Below, in pieces: positions 45,533-46,797 of a stretch of DNA of 46,797 bases. This stretch comes from an uncultured archaeon (lineage in GTDB: Archaea > Hadarchaeota > Hadarchaeia > Hadarchaeales > WYZ-LMO6): positions 1 to 46,797 of the forward strand of contig CALJER010000039.1 of the NCBI GenBank assembly GCA_938074535.1. Direction: 5' to 3'. Numbering within the stretch: position 1 is the stretch's first letter; the number at the start of each line of letters is the position of its first letter. Position numbers and translations under genes: made by a program. The notes beneath the pieces were generated by a model. It was not told where the DNA came from. It did not search any database and saw only the letters and a list, made by a program, of their open reading frames with translations.

Positions 45533-46321
45533 CTAGAGGCCCGCCAGCAGCTGCACGAGCTTCCCGTGCAGCCTCCCGTTGGAGAAGATCAGGTCCATCC
45601 TCTCCGGCCTCCACCCCCTTCCCCTGAAGTCCGTCACCTTTCCCCCGGCCTCCTCCACCAGCAGCACGGAGGCCGCCACGTCCCAGGGCTGAAGGGCGGT
45701 GGCGGCGTAGGCGTCCCCCCTCCCGCAGGCCACCCAGGCCGCCTCCACCCCGGCCGAGCCCAGCTTCCTCAGGTCCCTCACCCTGGGGTAGAGGGTGCCC
45801 ACGATCCTGCCCGTCCTCTCCCTGTCCGTCTCGCTCCCCTCGCAGGAGTAGAGGTAGGCCCCGCTCAGCTCCTCCACCTGGGAGACCCGGATGGGAGTCC
45901 TCTCCCCGGTGTCCGTTCTCTCCAGGAAGGCACCCCTTCCCCTCTCCGCCAGGAAGAGCTCCCCGAGCACGGGGAGGAAGGTCACGCCCAGGAGCGGCTC
46001 CCCCCTCCTGAGGAGGGCCAGGGAGACGCAGAAGAGGGGGTTGCCGGAGGCGAAGTTGGTGGTGCCGTCCAGGGGGTCCACCACCCAGGTGAACTCCGAT
46101 CCCCTTTCCACCAGGCCCGTCTCCTCCGTCCAGAGGTTGTGCCCGGGGTACCTGGAGGAGAGCCCCTCCACCAGCAGCCTGTCCGACTTCAGGTCGTAGG
46201 GGGTGGTGAGGCCCTTGGCCGTCCCCCGCATCCCCAGGAACCCTCCCCTGCGGAAGCCCTCCCTCAGGACCTCCCCGGCCTCCAGCGCCAGGGAGACGGC
46301 CGCCTCCAGCTCGGGCATCAA
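45533..46321 (-). CDS. suhB: Inositol monophosphatase / FBPase IV family
   Basis: EE, WVVDPLDGTTNF, RKLGSA, PWDVAA. Confidence 0.87.
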   Translation of the reverse strand: MMPELEAAVSLALEAGEVLREGFRRGGFLGMRGTAKGLTTPYDLKSDRLLVEGLSSRYPGHNLWTEETGLVERGSEFTWVVDPLDGTTNFASGNPLFCVSLALLRRGEPLLGVTFLPVLGELFLAERGRGAFLERTDTGERTPIRVSQVEELSGAYLYSCEGSETDRERTGRIVGTLYPRVRDLRKLGSAGVEAAWVACGRGDAYAATALQPWDVAASVLLVEEAGGKVTDFRGRGWRPERMDLIFSNGRLHGKLVQLLAGL

Positions 46322-46348
46322 AGAGAGTGGAGGGGGGTGCCTTTATCC

Positions 46349-46797
46349 TCACAGGTCGGAGGAGAGGACCCTGGCCTGCAGGCAGGAGAGGACCTCCCTC
46401 ACCGTGGTGGAGGGGAGCTTGCCCTCCCTCTTCACCTTCCCCTTCTCCACCGTGAGGAGGACCCCCATCCTCACCGCCCTCGGTCCCGCGAGACCCGCGA
46501 ACTTCAGGTCCTTCCCGGAGAGCTCGTACTCCAGCTCGCCCTCTCCCTTCCCCTCCACCACCGGGACCACCACCACCTCCTCCCCCAGCCTGTTGTACCT
46601 GTCGGAGGAGACCACCAGCGCCAGCCTCTCCCCCGAGGGCGTCCTCACCCTCACCAGCTCCCCCTGCCTGATCTGGTTCCCGGCCATCACCCTCCTCTCC
46701 TCCCCCCTTATGAAAGCCTTCTCCTCCGCCAGCCTGAGCTCTGCCAGCCTCCCCTCCCCCTCCTCCAGCAGGGGCGGTCTTCCCACCCTCTCCCCCT
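46349..46797 (-). CDS. MazF/PemK-like protein, divergent (5' end uncertain; frame open to window edge, alternative start 46687)
   Basis: IRQGELVRV...RLALVVSSDRYN....VVVVPV, and G.L pattern near the C-terminus. Confidence 0.65.
   Translation of the reverse strand, partial: GERVGRPPLLEEGEGRLAELRLAEEKAFIRGEERRVMAGNQIRQGELVRVRTPSGERLALVVSSDRYNRLGEEVVVVPVVEGKGEGELEYELSGKDLKFAGLAGPRAVRMGVLLTVEKGKVKREGKLPSTTVREVLSCLQARVLSSDL

Noticed and set aside
8500-46350. Many long overlapping G/P/R-rich ORFs (for example 26732-29431, 14035-16299, 19898-21940)
   Set aside because: Shadow ORFs expected from high GC3; no recognisable motifs.

Overview
High-GC archaeal chromosomal window. Archaeal markers include aEF-2, RFC, L10e, eL41/eS32, EndA, SepCysS and an intron-containing C1-G72 tRNA-Tyr. 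The gene content suggests a thermophilic anaerobe such as a Hadarchaeota member, but that assignment is inference. Positions 153-8296 are a decayed integrative element inserted at the 3' end of tRNA-Tyr(GUA) and flanked by a perfect 17-bp att repeat. It carries a Type IIG-like fused restriction-modification gene, a frameshifted Kelch/Ig/PKD surface protein, an HhH-like/NucS-type nuclease fusion and a C-terminal tyrosine-integrase remnant. It also has unusual internal architecture: a second copy of the att arm, a 24-bp inverted repeat bracketing the cargo, and an att core inside the 3' end of the integrase frame. The remainder is dense housekeeping and metabolic DNA. It includes a sulfur-relay cluster (COG2122, NIL-ferredoxin, pscS), nadC/nadX, ppsA, translation genes, nrdJ/cobO and a bacterial-type purU-GH57-glgB block. 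It also holds a coenzyme M biosynthesis cluster (marker-16/DUF39, cysteate synthase, comDE) with a divergent HdrC-HdrB fusion and an overlapping EctA-like GNAT. All calls come from motif recognition by eye; no searches were run.
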